From Lingula anatina (Eukaryota > Animalia > Brachiopoda): 64,000 bases of DNA. The notes under the pieces are model-generated. The model had not been told where the DNA came from, did no database searches, and saw only the letters and a program-made list of their open reading frames with translations. A program made the translations under genes and the position numbers. Where the stretch lies: positions 69,542,788 through 69,606,787 of the forward strand of contig CM120640.1 of NCBI GenBank assembly GCA_051362555.1. Reading direction: 5' to 3'. Below, piece after piece: positions 1 through 22,710 of the stretch; position 1 is the stretch's first letter; the number at the start of each line of letters is the position of its first letter.

Positions 1-2426
1 TTTTGATTGGTTGTCTCCCAAGTCCAAACTCCGTCTACTCCCACAGTTGTATTAGGCGGTTTCAAGTCGTACCCTCCCAACCAAAAGCCTTGATTGCTGA
101 CAAATCCATCACCTGAAAGAATTGTTACCAGCAGATATAAAAGTAACCATTTTGTAAGCTTACAGCTGTCCAAGGTGATGGCCTCTGTTTGACCGGTGAT
201 GACCGCTGCATCACCTCAAAGTTACAACAATAGTTTCTTCAAACAACAGCAAATTTGAAGTGATCTACGTTAATAAATAACTCTGAATTTAGCTTTTGTT
301 TGAGGAAACTATTACTCTGGCTTAGAATGCTGAACTTAACTGATGAAGATTTTTGCCGAGTCAGCTCGGTCAGTCTACACAATACTGGTCATTGTCCATG
401 TGTCACTGGACTGGTGAGTGTGACTTGCATGGATGAGTTCCAAATTTATTAGCCTTTCTCTTTGCAAAGTACAAAGGAAAAAGTCAGTAATTGTTTACTG
501 TAACTAAGAATAAATCCAATTTCAAAATACTAATATTCCTTATATGAAATGCAGAATTATACACATTCTGGTTTGATACAACGGTTCCTATACCTTCAAA
601 GTAGTGGCTAGCCACCTGTCGTCCTATTGTCTGCTGCTCCTCAGCATTCTGCACGTGCACGAGGTGTGCTCCCATGGTGGAACACGAGTAACGTGCATCA
701 TTCCAGGTAGCCGTGCGATTTATGACCTTGTAGCAAGAACAGTTATTTCGAACAAAACTGTATGGGCACTCTGGAAGAAGATGAAATATATGCTCATGTA
801 TATACCACATCATATAAATGTGTTGAAAAAAATGTCTAGTTTACTATGTGATAAACTTAAAATGTTAAGACCTTATGGCATCATGTTTTTGTTTGTTTTT
901 TTTATTAAAGAAAATTTGTAAAGAAGTGATGGTTGATTTATCTGAGTACCTTTGAAGATGCAGTTCAGTTTTCTGTCTTGTTCATCCAGCCTGTTCTGAA
1001 GTAGAAGATTTTGTTGCTGTATGGTGGCCAGTGTGGCCCTGAGCTCAGTTTCAGAATTCTGGTTCATGCCAGATGTGGAGGTGAAGCCACTGAGGTTCCC
1101 AACCTGTTGCAGAATGTGATTGTTTTGCTCAACTACAGCATTCACCAGATGCAGGAGACTGGAGGTGTTTCCTAGGCAGGCAGCAACACTGGAATTGCTT
1201 GTAGCCTGGGATGTGTAGGAATTATTTTGAGTTTGAGATGTGTTGGCAGACGTAGAGTGACTGGTGTTTGAGTCTCTTTCTGTGCACATGGTTGAATTAA
1301 TGCGGCTTGTTATGTTTGATAATGAGTGGATGAGAAATTCTAGCCTGGCACTGTCAAATGTGATGGTGGAATTTCGCTGGGAGACATTCATCAAAAATCT
1401 TGTCAACATACTTTCTAGGTGTGGCTGAAGAAGTTGTTCAAATTGTGTGAAGTTGAAATTCACAGCAGATGAATAATTCACTCCCATGCTTCTGTTTTGC
1501 GTCGTTGAAAAGTTGATAGAATCTCGCAGCTCTGACACTTGCTTGATACAGCTTTGATTTTCCATCTTGGTTTCTAGTCTTTGAATCAGCTGATAGATGG
1601 CAGAAGTGTTGCAAGAGCTGTTAAATGACTGGTTTTGTTGCTGGAGGTTTGCTAAGAGTACCAAAATGTCAGCCATTTGTGTGGCTAGCTTAATCTCCAC
1701 TGCTCTTGTCTCATTTAACATTCCCATGAGTTTGTGGGATATATTACATTGAGTCCAGCCTGTAGTAGTATTGCCAGTAGCCACAGTCTGAAGAGTCTGG
1801 TTGATTGTGGTTAGGAATGACATAATACCTGTCAAATTGGATGGAGAAATGGTGGAACTATTGCAAGGATTTTTTAATGAATTTAAACTGCAATTCCTGC
1901 TTATGACATGTGTCAAGTTGACCAGTTGTCTTAGTGTCTCATTTTGTACCTGAAGTAATGGCTCCAATTCTGCGGCAGAGGTGACATTTGTAAGCTGGTG
2001 GTGTATCTGGGACACTATCGCAGAAGTTTGATTTAAAGCCCGACTCCAGTGACTCATATTTAGGTGTTTAAAAACCTCCATGGCAATCCCAGAGGTATTG
2101 AGCATACTCATATACTTGGTAACATTAACAGCCTCAGTGATATTCCTCACGGAGTCTTGATAGGCTGTCTGTAATCTAGCAGCCATGAGATCAGTCCGCG
2201 CCAGGCCTGTGTCCACCTTGATCCCTATATCTTGTATGGCAGGGAGGAACTGTTGTTGGCAGGCTGACTCTGTAGGTACCACAGTAAACACACCCTGGCA
2301 CGCAGCCCCTCCCTGCTCACACACTGTGGTAGACTGGGCCTGTATATGACCTGTTAGACACAGGGTGATGGTCATTAGTACGGCAGTCACCCATCTAAAA
2401 CCAGTTCTAAACCTTGTAGAGCTCAT
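1..2426 (-). CDS. Secreted, heavily N-glycosylated coiled-coil protein with C-terminal C-type lectin domain (3' end runs off the window); probably nested antisense in an MKNK intron
   Basis: Exons 2426-950 (donor AAAG|GTACTC, phase 1), 770-594 (ttccag|AG...GAAG|GTA) and 112-<1 (tttcag|GT). Spliced protein: signal peptide MSSTRFRTGFRWVTAVLMTITLCLTGHIQA, long heptad-rich region, then ECPYSFVRNNCSCYKVINRTATWNDARYSCSTMGAHLVHVQNAEEQ...GFWLGGYD...GVWTWE, a typical long-form CTLD signature (CY...W..A...C...G.HL...WLG...W.W). Confidence 0.9.
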
Positions 2427-3915
2427 CTTGAAAGTTGACTTTTAACACCTTTTTACCTGCTTCTTCCCCTCTTTCCTCTCCCGCCTATGACTTGCTACTC
2501 ACTGCACAGGTGAGTTGTTCTAGTGACACACAGGTGGGCTGTGCTAGTAGTGACATACAGGCGTGCTGGGTCAGGTCACACCCCTCATTCTACTCAGTGG
2601 AATCATATTACATGCTACAGAGACAGTCTTCACAATAGCATGGAATAATGGTCTACATGTCGATTTAATAATGGCATATTGACTGTGTATTTGCATGTGA
2701 AAGCGTAAAGTAAACCAACAGTACCATAGTTGAAATTCAGGTGAGGTCACAGGTCTAGCATGGAGGATGCAACATCACCCATTTCACCTGTCTCGTCATG
2801 CTCATTTCTCAAGAAATACGAGACGCGAGTCTTCTTTTTTCTCAACAAACTTAGATATTTATCTCTTTGTAGGTAGATGATTTGCAGACCCTCATTTGAA
2901 ATGCAACTATATGACTTATAAAGTGACGTGCTTAGAGCAGTGACCAACACACGTTCACTCAGTGTGCACACACATGCAAGCTCACACACACACAATCAAC
3001 ATAGGATTTTTGGAATATAACTACTGATATTTAAAAAATATATTTATTTTTTTATTATTATTTTTATTTTCATCTATTTTTGATTATTTATTTATTTATT
3101 TTATATTTATTTACTTTTTGTGATAAGTTTGCATGTATTGGGTACAACCATTTCATTAAACTAGTTTTATTGCTCTCTTGTGAAAACTGGACTTAGTGAA
3201 GTTGAGTATAGAAATATTTAAACTTAGCTCCAAGAGTATTTTCATTTGAACTTTTGTATGGTTGTTTCTGAAATTCTCATGTTCTATACCTTGGTATTTT
3301 TAAATTGATCTGCACATCTGGAACACAGGGAAAGTAAACAAGACAGACTGAAAAAATACAGAATGTCTTTATTGGATGTATTACAGGGGAAATATGCTAT
3401 TGTATTTACAAGTGTTCCCCAGATCTCTGTAAAGGTGTACATATATGCCTGCAACTAAATGTTAATCTGAGGCATCTGTTCTACTGTTACTGCCTGAAAC
3501 ACAAAGGCAGCAATTAAAATGATTTGATATAATACCAAGAACAATGTTATTGGTTCTGATACTTTGTGTAAAGCTAGATTAATCCAGGTACTATCAATCA
3601 ACACATACGGTGTATTTCTGTGGTTGTATAATCAGAAAAGGATATAGTTTATATCTTAATCTTACGTATAGCAAATTATCAAGTGGTCAATAGCAGCATG
3701 TGTGGTTGAAGGTAAGACTGTTGAAAGTCTCATTTAAAGCATCTTTGTCCTTTAGATTACAACTTTGAAGAATATTGTTTTTTTATCTTAAATACCTTGC
3801 AAATGAACCTTATTAATGAAACATTTTGATGAAAATGCAGTCCACTGAAAGTCCTCTTCTTTGAATTTCATGATGATAATTTACTCTCCATTTCTGGTAT
3901 ATCTGTTATTTTTCC

Positions 3916-4596
3916 CTATTTTCGAGGAATTGGTGATGTTGCAGCCAAAGTCATTTTTTTCTCTTCCTCACTTGTGTCTCCTATATAAGGACTATAAGTC
4001 CTGCTTTTTCCAACAGTTTCATCATTAAGTTCCATTATTCCTGCCATCATTTGGCTGACAACGTCTGGGCCCCCTTTAGCATCATACAAAACCTCCGTCT
4101 TGTTACATAACGTGACCACCGCCCTGTCATCACCATTCTTCAGTTTGCCAATTGCGGCTGTCAAGGCATCCATGTATCTAGTAGCTGTCTGCCACCTGCG
4201 TTTCATGAACTTCATCCTGTGTTGTAAGTCCTGGATGTAACCTAGGCCATTCCTGGAGACCACTTTGAGTGCCACCACCTGGTCCTCCACTGTACTGGCC
4301 TTCAGCTGTAAGTTCATGATGAGGACATTGAGTTTGTTTAAGCACTGCTGTATGCCAGCCACCCCCTGGTCCTGTTGGGTGTGACCCTGGGGCTGACTAG
4401 GGTAGGATTCGGTCACAGCATCATCGGGGGTGGTTCCATTTTCTGAGGTGCTGATTGTCACCTCAGTGTGGTCATTGACATAGTCACTCCTCCTGACCAG
4501 GTGAAGGGCTGTGGTTGTTTGTACCAACAGTGACGGCAGAAAGACACCCAACACCACAATAACGACAACAACAGGGTGAATTGTCCGTAGCGTCAT
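3916..4596 (-). CDS. Uncharacterised secreted protein (226 aa): signal peptide, dibasic site, coiled coil; probably nested antisense in an MKNK intron
   Basis: Uninterrupted ATG-to-TAG ORF with a strong hydrophobic leader (VVVVIVVLGVFLPSLLV), LVRR dibasic site and heptad region CLNKLNVLIMNLQLKASTVEDQVVAL...YMDALTAAIGKL. TATAAAA lies about 60 nt upstream and AATAAA downstream at 3373-3368. Confidence 0.75.
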   Translation of the reverse strand: MTLRTIHPVVVVIVVLGVFLPSLLVQTTTALHLVRRSDYVNDHTEVTISTSENGTTPDDAVTESYPSQPQGHTQQDQGVAGIQQCLNKLNVLIMNLQLKASTVEDQVVALKVVSRNGLGYIQDLQHRMKFMKRRWQTATRYMDALTAAIGKLKNGDDRAVVTLCNKTEVLYDAKGGPDVVSQMMAGIMELNDETVGKSRTYSPYIGDTSEEEKKMTLAATSPIPRK

Positions 4597-4654
4597 GATG
4601 TATCACACAAGCTGTCTGGAAATTGTTTCTTGGCCAGAGCTTACATGGTTGTAG

Positions 4655-4661
4655 TTTTATA
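4655..4661 (-). promoter_or_regulatory. TATA box of the 226-aa secreted-protein gene
   Basis: TATAAAA on the minus strand about 60 nt upstream of the ATG at 4596. Confidence 0.5.
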
Positions 4662-5887
4662 GTTTACTCCAGTGGCGCAAGCTCACATCAAAGGCACTCT
4701 AAAAGTGTGCTTATCAGGCTCATTGCACAAATCTGGAATTTTTTCATGCAATAACTCCTGTAGGTCGTGACACAAGAGGTTTCTCTCGCTGCATGAAATT
4801 AGAAAACATGCGCCAATTCAGACCTTCATTACAACTACACAAACACGCTTAGATGCATTTAACAAATCACAGCTTACCCCCACAGATGAAAAAGTGCAAG
4901 ATTGTTGACAGATTTATAGGCTGCCTCAGCCAGCAACCATTTCCTGCTATAACGAAATATTTCATGTTTTCATAGTAAATTTTCTCAGCTGGCAAAGATC
5001 CCAGGATGAGGCAATAAATTAGACTTGATGATGACATCATTAATACAGGCGAATAAATAAGTGGAAAGATTAACTTCTCTGTTAATGAGCACGTTATGAG
5101 GTGTTTTTTGGAACCAGGACAGTTTTTTGGCTCATTTTTCTCTTTAAAACTTTGCCAACATCTCTTTATGTTTTTTTCCTGATAAATGACGTTTGGCTTG
5201 CAAAATGGGCCTCCTTTGAGGAAAAATAGAAATGTATGACTGGTCTGGCGTAGGATGCTGCAGTCAACTTGTTCTACTAGAGCCAGTGCTTGTAGCTTGT
5301 GCAGAAACTCCTTGGTGCCTTGATGAGTGTATGCACACAGCAGTAGGCCTCCAAGCACATAATGAGCTTAAAAAAGGAAACAATGTATTCTTTGTGGCCA
5401 TGACGTAAGAAAGGCAACTTGCTGTCAATAAGGTTCAGAATGCATTGTATCACACAGGTGTTTGTTTGTCTCAGTTGAAAAGGTGAATGAACAGAAAACA
5501 TCTCTCTAATCTTCTTTGCACACTGTACACAATGCAGGTGGTCATGTGCTGTACAAGCGTTGTCTTGGGGAAAGGGCGTTCTTTATATTGTAGCATTTTT
5601 CACTTGTTGGGACATTGCACGTAATTACATTATTTGCAACATGTTTCAAGGTGCCAGACACGTTTAATTCAATTTACAGTTGAAATATTTCTTCTCTTTT
5701 TAATGAGGCAGATGTGTAAGAAAATACTTGGGATTCATTATGTTCATGGATGGATTAGTTCTGTCTCAATATGCACTCTGTGAAACTCTGAACTATTTTA
5801 GATATAAATTTCAAATTTGGAAGTGGAATTGTCATTGTTATATTTTTTTACATCATAACATATTGCAGCAAATTCAGTTGCAGTTGA

Positions 5888-8406
<2,519 letters not shown>

Positions 8407-8715
8407 AAGTTTATGACATCAGCAGGTTCTACCTGCTATCAGATATACAAGCTGAAATTGATGATCCACCAACAGGAAACTGTTTTATAAGTCTGTGAAA
8501 TATGTATTTTTTAATGTATAGATGGGGCTTTGTTGCAAGATAAGCACATTTGGAATTGATCTAATTATCTGAGATCCAAGAAAAAAATATATGTATATAT
8601 CCAGCTGTGATGTTTGCTAAGCATTTGGATCAGGAGGTTATCATAGCTTATGATGTACATAGTCAGAGGCTTGGAATGATATTTAGGTTCTGACCATTTG
8701 GCTGGTGCTGCTGAT

Positions 8716-8921
8716 GGCTACCTCAGTTATATTGACCAGCATTGACTTTGCTGGGGTCGCACTAGCAATTTTTGTCGCTTAGCCAAATCACCACTTTTTC
8801 GTCAATTTGTAATCAAAATGGTTATAATTTGACAATCAAGTCAAATCAAGCCCTTTTTGTTTAGCTAATTTAAATACTGCTACCCCAGCTTTGATGTGTT
8901 GGTCAATATGGATGAGCTGCC
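8716..8921. mobile_element. Degenerate inverted-repeat element (MITE-like) in the probable MKNK 3' UTR
   Basis: ATATTGACCAGCATTGACTTTGCTGGGGTCGCA (from 8729) pairs imperfectly with TGCTACCCCAGCTTTGATGTGTTGGTCAATAT (to 8909); looser pairing extends outward. Confidence 0.5.
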
Positions 8922-10732
8922 TTTCTAAAAATCAACTAATACTCGGTGCTACTCTAGATTGGTTCCAACACAAGGTAGCATTAGATGTAAAGAATTTTTT
9001 TAAGGGACAGGGTCTATTGAATTAATGTACGATAAAAAGAAAAATTAATTCTGTATGTTATCTTCTTTTCTTTAGAGAAGTTATTGTTCATTTTTGTAAA
9101 ATGCAATTTTTATCTTTTTATCATGTCATCATTGCTGGAACATGTGATAAAAAAATCTCAGTGAGATTTCTTGCAGGCTCAGTTTGTTTTTTAACTTCAT
9201 CCCCTATTTTAGTTTTTCGCTCCCGTTTCACTCGGTTTATCCAATCTCTAAATAAGAATCCAAATGTATGGTTAAAATGTACTCCATTACCTTTAATACA
9301 AAGCCCGTAGATATCACCCAGAGCACAATAAATCAGTGTAGAATTATTAGAAACTATTTGATAGTGCACATTCCTGTAGGATTCAGCCAATTTAGTATGT
9401 TGTATATACTGTAAGCAGCACTTTGTGATCTCAATAGTCTAGGTTTTGATGCCACATTCTTTTCTGGATTAATGTAGTCCCGTTTTAATTGAAGGTAGTT
9501 AGGTCAGAACCTTTTGTGTTGTCCTTTACTGTGATGTATGTATGTATGATTTTGTGTGTTATGAGGATAGATCTGTAAGATTTAGAACTTTCTGTATATT
9601 TTTATAGAACTTGAATGCTTGAAACCAATTTTTATTGTTTGTTGGAGTGGCAGAAAATTGATAAGGAGTTTTTAAGATGTGATAAAATTACAAATATAGG
9701 CAATCACAATGGTCATCAGAACAGTGTAGTATTCAGTTTAAGTTGAATAGTCTGGTTCAGCTAGCATTTATTTGTAGATTTATAGTTTTCAAATATGTGT
9801 CCCACAGAATTCAGTATTTATAAAGCTACAGATCTGGAAAAAATCACAAAAATATAGTCAAGAATGTATAGTCACATTCCTGAAATCAAAGGTTAAATGT
9901 TTGCCATATTTTTGTTGTCTAATGTCCTGATGTATGGTTTTCATATGAACATTATTTTTTGTTTTATTGTTAAATTCTAAGAAGTAGACAAAGACTGGAG
10001 ATGTTGTGTCACACACTTTCTGACATCGATGAACTACACATCATGCAGGATAAAAACAAAATATCTAAAGGTTTTAATTTCTTGTTTCATTTAGGATCAT
10101 TTAGTACCATCAGCTGCTAGATGAGGTATAGCCGGGAATCCCGATCTAAGAAAGCTAGCTATAGACTTGGTTTTACTTTAAAACAAATTGAAATTTAGTA
10201 AATTGGCTTTCTGCCTAGAGTCATCTAAGCTTCATAGCTAGTCTGGGGTGATTCCTCATTGCTCGTTTGGTGCATGGTATTCCTATTGCCAGCACTTGTA
10301 GCTAGTTCTGTGTATGGAGGGCGACGTCGAAATCCTTTGCAACCATACATGAAAATTATGGTTATTTTTATTTTTTCAACATTGCTTAAGAAGTTGTATT
10401 TTAAAGTGTTTATAATGAATGAACAGGTTTATTTTTAAGGCTCAATGGTATCAAAAATTATCTTTTATATGCTGGAAGATTTTTTTACTCTGTGCAAGAC
10501 TGGTGAGAGTGGATTGTGAAAAACTTCAGTGCCTATTATTTAGAGACTGAAAACAGGTTTCTTTTATTATATAAAATACTAAATTTTTGTTGAAAAATAA
10601 CTGCTTTATATTGAACAGTCCTTTGAATGTTATTTTTAAGAAAAACTGACATTTGTCTATCATTTTTATCGTTTTGTCAAGAAATAATCTTGGAAATTGA
10701 AATCATTGTCATTTGATCGTTTCAAAGTGAAA

Positions 10733-10738
10733 AATAAA
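10733..10738 (+). terminator. Candidate poly(A) signal of MKNK
   Basis: AATAAA followed by T/GT-rich sequence about 2.3 kb after the MKNK stop. Confidence 0.35.
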
Positions 10739-11572
10739 GATTATTGTCTATTTTTGCCTTGAAGTTTGCTTTAAATTGCAGATAGTTTTTCGATGAAAAG
10801 AGTCACCTTAATTTATGCTTCTCGACATTCATAAACTGTAACAATGAACAAGTCGCAATATGCAAATTTGGACATTCTGTTGTTCAAAGCTTGGAGGGGA
10901 GATTCTGGACCACATGGGCTTATCTTGTAACAGAAAGAGCATGTGTATTGGCAGACGTACTGCATTATGAGCTATTGTGTACGTCACTTTCCCTGTTAAA
11001 GTCTCAGTGAATGACGCAGTGACCAAACTCCCATAATAAAGTTCAACTGTACAGATTAAGTGAAACCATTTATAGCACGATCTTAATAATGACAGTTTTC
11101 GAAGTATGGTTTTTAAGCAAGTCTTGAAAAAACACTAGCCAAGCAAAAGCCTCTGAAGTTTTCATTTAATCGCTTAATCCATGACAGCTTAATCCATGTT
11201 AAAACACAAGAAGGGTATAAATTCTACCTATAAAAATATAAATATTAGATATTGGTCTCAGAAAAAAAATCTTTTAAGAATGTTTTTTTTTTTTTCAAAA
11301 GCAGAAGCTCTCTCTTTTTGCATTATCAAAAAACTCACACTCCAAAGGAAAATGAAGAAAAGGCTATATTTCATTATTCTACATTTTACACAATTATTGC
11401 ACTACATAACTGCACAAGTTTTACAGATAACTTTTCATGAAAGGACAGCCAAACAGCCTCTATAGATGAAACCAAGAATGATGCACATGTATAAGAATGT
11501 CAACAGAAAGAATGAACTCTCAAAATTATGGTTTACTATCATAATGTGTTATCATGTTTAAATTGTCATGCA

Positions 11573-18976
<7,404 letters not shown>

Positions 18977-21900
18977 TCTTTAGTATTCTTGTCCATTAAT
19001 GTCAACTCTCTTCTTCCAGTTTAACCTGAAATTATAATAAAATGCAGATTTATTTCAAATCCTCACAAAGAACCCCCTCAAGCCCATATTTCCAAGGTCA
19101 ACATGCCAAATATACTTCATTAAGTGTAAAAAAGCATTTGAAAAAATGCCTTGTAAAGAACTGTTTGAAGAGAATGTTTTCCCCCCAAGGAATATCAAGG
19201 CTATCTAATTTGGATTTAATCAATGTCAAATAACATCAAGCAATGAATAAAAAAGACATACTAGGTTTACCTGAATATTTTAAACTGAATCTATATGTAA
19301 AATACAAAAAAAAAAAAAAATAAATAAATAAATAAAATGTAACAACCAAACAGATTTCCAACAAAAAAACATGGGGACTTAAACATGTGTTCTAAATTTC
19401 TGCGACATCAGAGATTACTATATTATACAAACTGCTTAAATTACTGGTGTTTTTTTTTTTTTTTTTTTTTACAATAAAGCTCTTTACTTTGGCATATGGT
19501 TTAGATGGCTTAGATGGCTGGCTATGGGTACTGGTTAAGGGAGCTACAAAACTGTAACTAAAATACATTGTTCCTACGCCCCTTCCACTGTAAGCTACCC
19601 ACTGTAAGGACAGAACATAAAACACTGTGCCCTTTAACTTTCACATAAACAGGGGGTGAAGGGTTATCAGCACAAAACCTGATGAAATAATGAAGGATAA
19701 CTTGGTAATGGATCTATGAAAAGCATATAATCTTCTAATCAACTTTCACTCCTTGACCCTTTCATTAAGTCACACTCTGTCAACAATCAAGATGGAAGAT
19801 TACAGCATGCTAACTTCTCATTAGAACACAAAGCCACCGCAGTTGTACAGACATATCAATCAATCATCATTTATTTCATGGAGACCAAAATCAATCTCTC
19901 CTTGGATAAAATGAAGTAACCCAATTACATTTCTAATTGTTTGATCACTTTTTAAGGCCTATTCCACTTTATAAATGTCTTTTAAAACAAAAAACAACTT
20001 TGACAAATGTGTTTACTGAAAGTGTTCAATTGATAAACCTTTCAAACCAATGTGACTGATAATTTATATCCAACAAAAATTTGTCAGCATAAACGTCATG
20101 TCATTTGTCAACAAAATATTCAATCTCAAAATTTATTATCAAGCAATTGATCAAAAAACGACTTCCATTCAATTAAAAAAAGCCTGACAGGCTACAGAAA
20201 AAAGACTGTCACAAATCCTAACCTCTGATAATCAAGAGCACATAGATAAGTTAGTATTTTGATTCCACCTTCTGTACTGATTCAATTTTGTCTTCAGCCT
20301 TATAGATAGAAGTGTAAAATACCTCAAAAGCTATGTCTCTCTAGTACAATATATTAAGGTGTTGCTCAATCTATACTGATATCCCTGTATAACTTAAGAT
20401 ATATGATACTGTAATTATTATTCCCGTCTTGTGATGTGTGCACCTGATCTTCTTGAATGACATGATACCTACAGTCACTGTAATCAGACTCTCCTTAGGG
20501 CTGAAGACACTCAATACATACAACATGCCTCCAGTAGCAGGCTTACATTGTACACTGAAATTAAAATCAATTTTCAGTCACAGTGCTTTCAGGCATACAT
20601 CTACTAGAAATGTCCAATATAAAACACACACACAAAAAAAAAGGATTTTGCTCCCAAGATATAAACAGGCCTTATTTCTAAAAAATTAAAATGTCTACCA
20701 ATTTGAAAAGGAAAAGGTATTTGCACATCCCAACTAAATTCCATTTTTTTCTAGATGCAATTGCCATATGGCATTTTTTTATTCTTAAATGAAGAAGATG
20801 AAACGGACAATCTTTCTGCTGAGCAGTTTACTTGTCAATATTCACCATGATATAACTTAATTAAACCTGTGTTATATAAATGAACCGTAAATATTTTATT
20901 GCGGGTATTTTGAATACCACTCTCAGCAAAAGGTAATGTTGTCAGGGCTTTCCATTCTGGTGGTCCTGCTATATGTATTCCCCTCCACCCCCTCCCCCCC
21001 CCCCCCCACTCCCACCTTTCAGTAACCCATCCACCCACCTGTCCTCCCATCTCTCTATCTATATATTCACCCAACCATTAACATATGCAAGCATCTTTTC
21101 ACTGAGCAGTCTGAATTTTGTGCACTTCAATATTTCCTATGCATCTCTTGCCTTAAGTGTACTATACTATGGACTACTAAACAGACTAGGATCTTTCACC
21201 ACCAATAACAACAAGTGTTGAGAGAGAGCCAGTCCAAGGTACCAGATACATATAAAGATGCATTGGAAGCGAGAGCTAACATAACCAATTCATTGCCACT
21301 TTATAGTTCAAAAAGAAAAATTTTGAGAAATACAAAAGGTTTTTTCTTAAACTCTCATTTCAATAATTATGCTTTTGCTTGTGACTTTTACAAACAGGAC
21401 GGATGGATAAATAGGTCAAATTTATGACCAGAAATTTGAAGAAGGCACAGATTTAAGGCTTTTTTATTGGCTGATCGAGTGATAATCTTTTTATCCTTTG
21501 GCATATGGACTATATTTAAGTCATATTAGTATAACAAAATGGTGATTAATATGCATTACAGGGAATCTATGTTCACTTTACCAGCATATATGTAACTTAA
21601 AGTGAGTATGTACCTACATATAAAAGCATTGCCACTGAACCCAACCCAATGCCACTATAGTATTTTACTAGTAACCACATAATAATTCACAGATGAAATA
21701 CATATAACTTACTGAAAACTGATATTTTCACAGATTACTTTCTGTGCATTATGGGCTAGAGAGAAAAAGTAGATCAAATCTACAACCAGAAATCTGAAGA
21801 AGGTGCCATTTAAAAGCCTTTTTCTGCTGCCTGAGAGATTAATTTTGTGAAAGGCTCTTCATGGTCTCTAGATAGGATGATAAAAAGAGAATAATTGTTA

Positions 21901-22566
21901 ACTTAAAGACTTAACAACATTAGTCAAACACTATGGACCTTGGTCACTTGAATGGTGATTTCATGCCTGAATCCAAACTGTAGGAAACAGGACATCAAGG
22001 TAAACCCTTGGTAGTTGGCACATTGGTGGGTTCCAAGGGTTACTCCCACATTCCTAACAAATTTGACATCCAAAATCCTTTTAATTTTTTCCCCCAAAAA
22101 TATGCCTTCCTGGGAATGACAGTGACAAATTTTATTAGTATGCATTCAAAAATAGTCTATCCCAATAGGACCTAATTGCATTTTTTATTTCTGCTTCCAC
22201 GAGGGGAGTTGTTGGGCCTGGAGGGGTAAATGGCACAGGGGCAAATCTATGTATTATATTACATTACCAGGACTCTTATGTGGTAGTACTAGTAGTATGC
22301 TTCATGATACAGGTAACCAAAGTAACGAATTAAATGTTAACAAAAATTATCTCCTTTTTTATTTTTGATCCTGTGCCACTTTTACGTTTATTAAATATAT
22401 GACATCTCAAGGAAATATCGGTATCAAAAGGCATAAGCAATCATACTGCCAGTAGTTACATATTTAGTGTAACAACAACATTCATGATTCAACGAACTCG
22501 AGTGTCTTCCACTTCAAATAAAATAAATAATAAATACCATCGTCTTTTCAAATTTATAAAACATAC

Positions 22567-22710
22567 TTAGTCCTTCTACCTCTCTAGCGAATGGCTCTTG
22601 CTAAACAAAGGCACCACCAATGAATTTTTCTACCACTGTTGTTGAGACAGTGGCACAAGCAACTTTTTCATGAGGACATGGACAGCTCTATGGGGGCTGC
22701 CATGTTTAGT
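22567..22710 (-). other. RECQL: Probable non-coding first exon of RECQL
   Basis: Donor CTAA|GTATGT at 22567; YY1-like AAACATGGCAGC and a CRE next to the presumed start; would splice to the tttcag acceptor at 19025 of the ATG-containing exon. Confidence 0.55.

Noticed and set aside
873-949. C-terminal end of the 517-aa ORF as coding
   Set aside because: Read-through into an intron; a donor at 950 splices in frame to the CTLD exons.
4867-5501. 163-aa and 74-aa minus-strand ORFs as a third nested gene
   Set aside because: No signal peptide or recognisable motif and no convincing exon structure; composition looks non-coding.
21410-21850. Degenerate direct duplication (CCAGAAAT[T/C]TGAAGAAGG...) about 360 bp apart
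   Set aside because: Old, diverged intronic duplication with no termini, ORF or structure to support a function.
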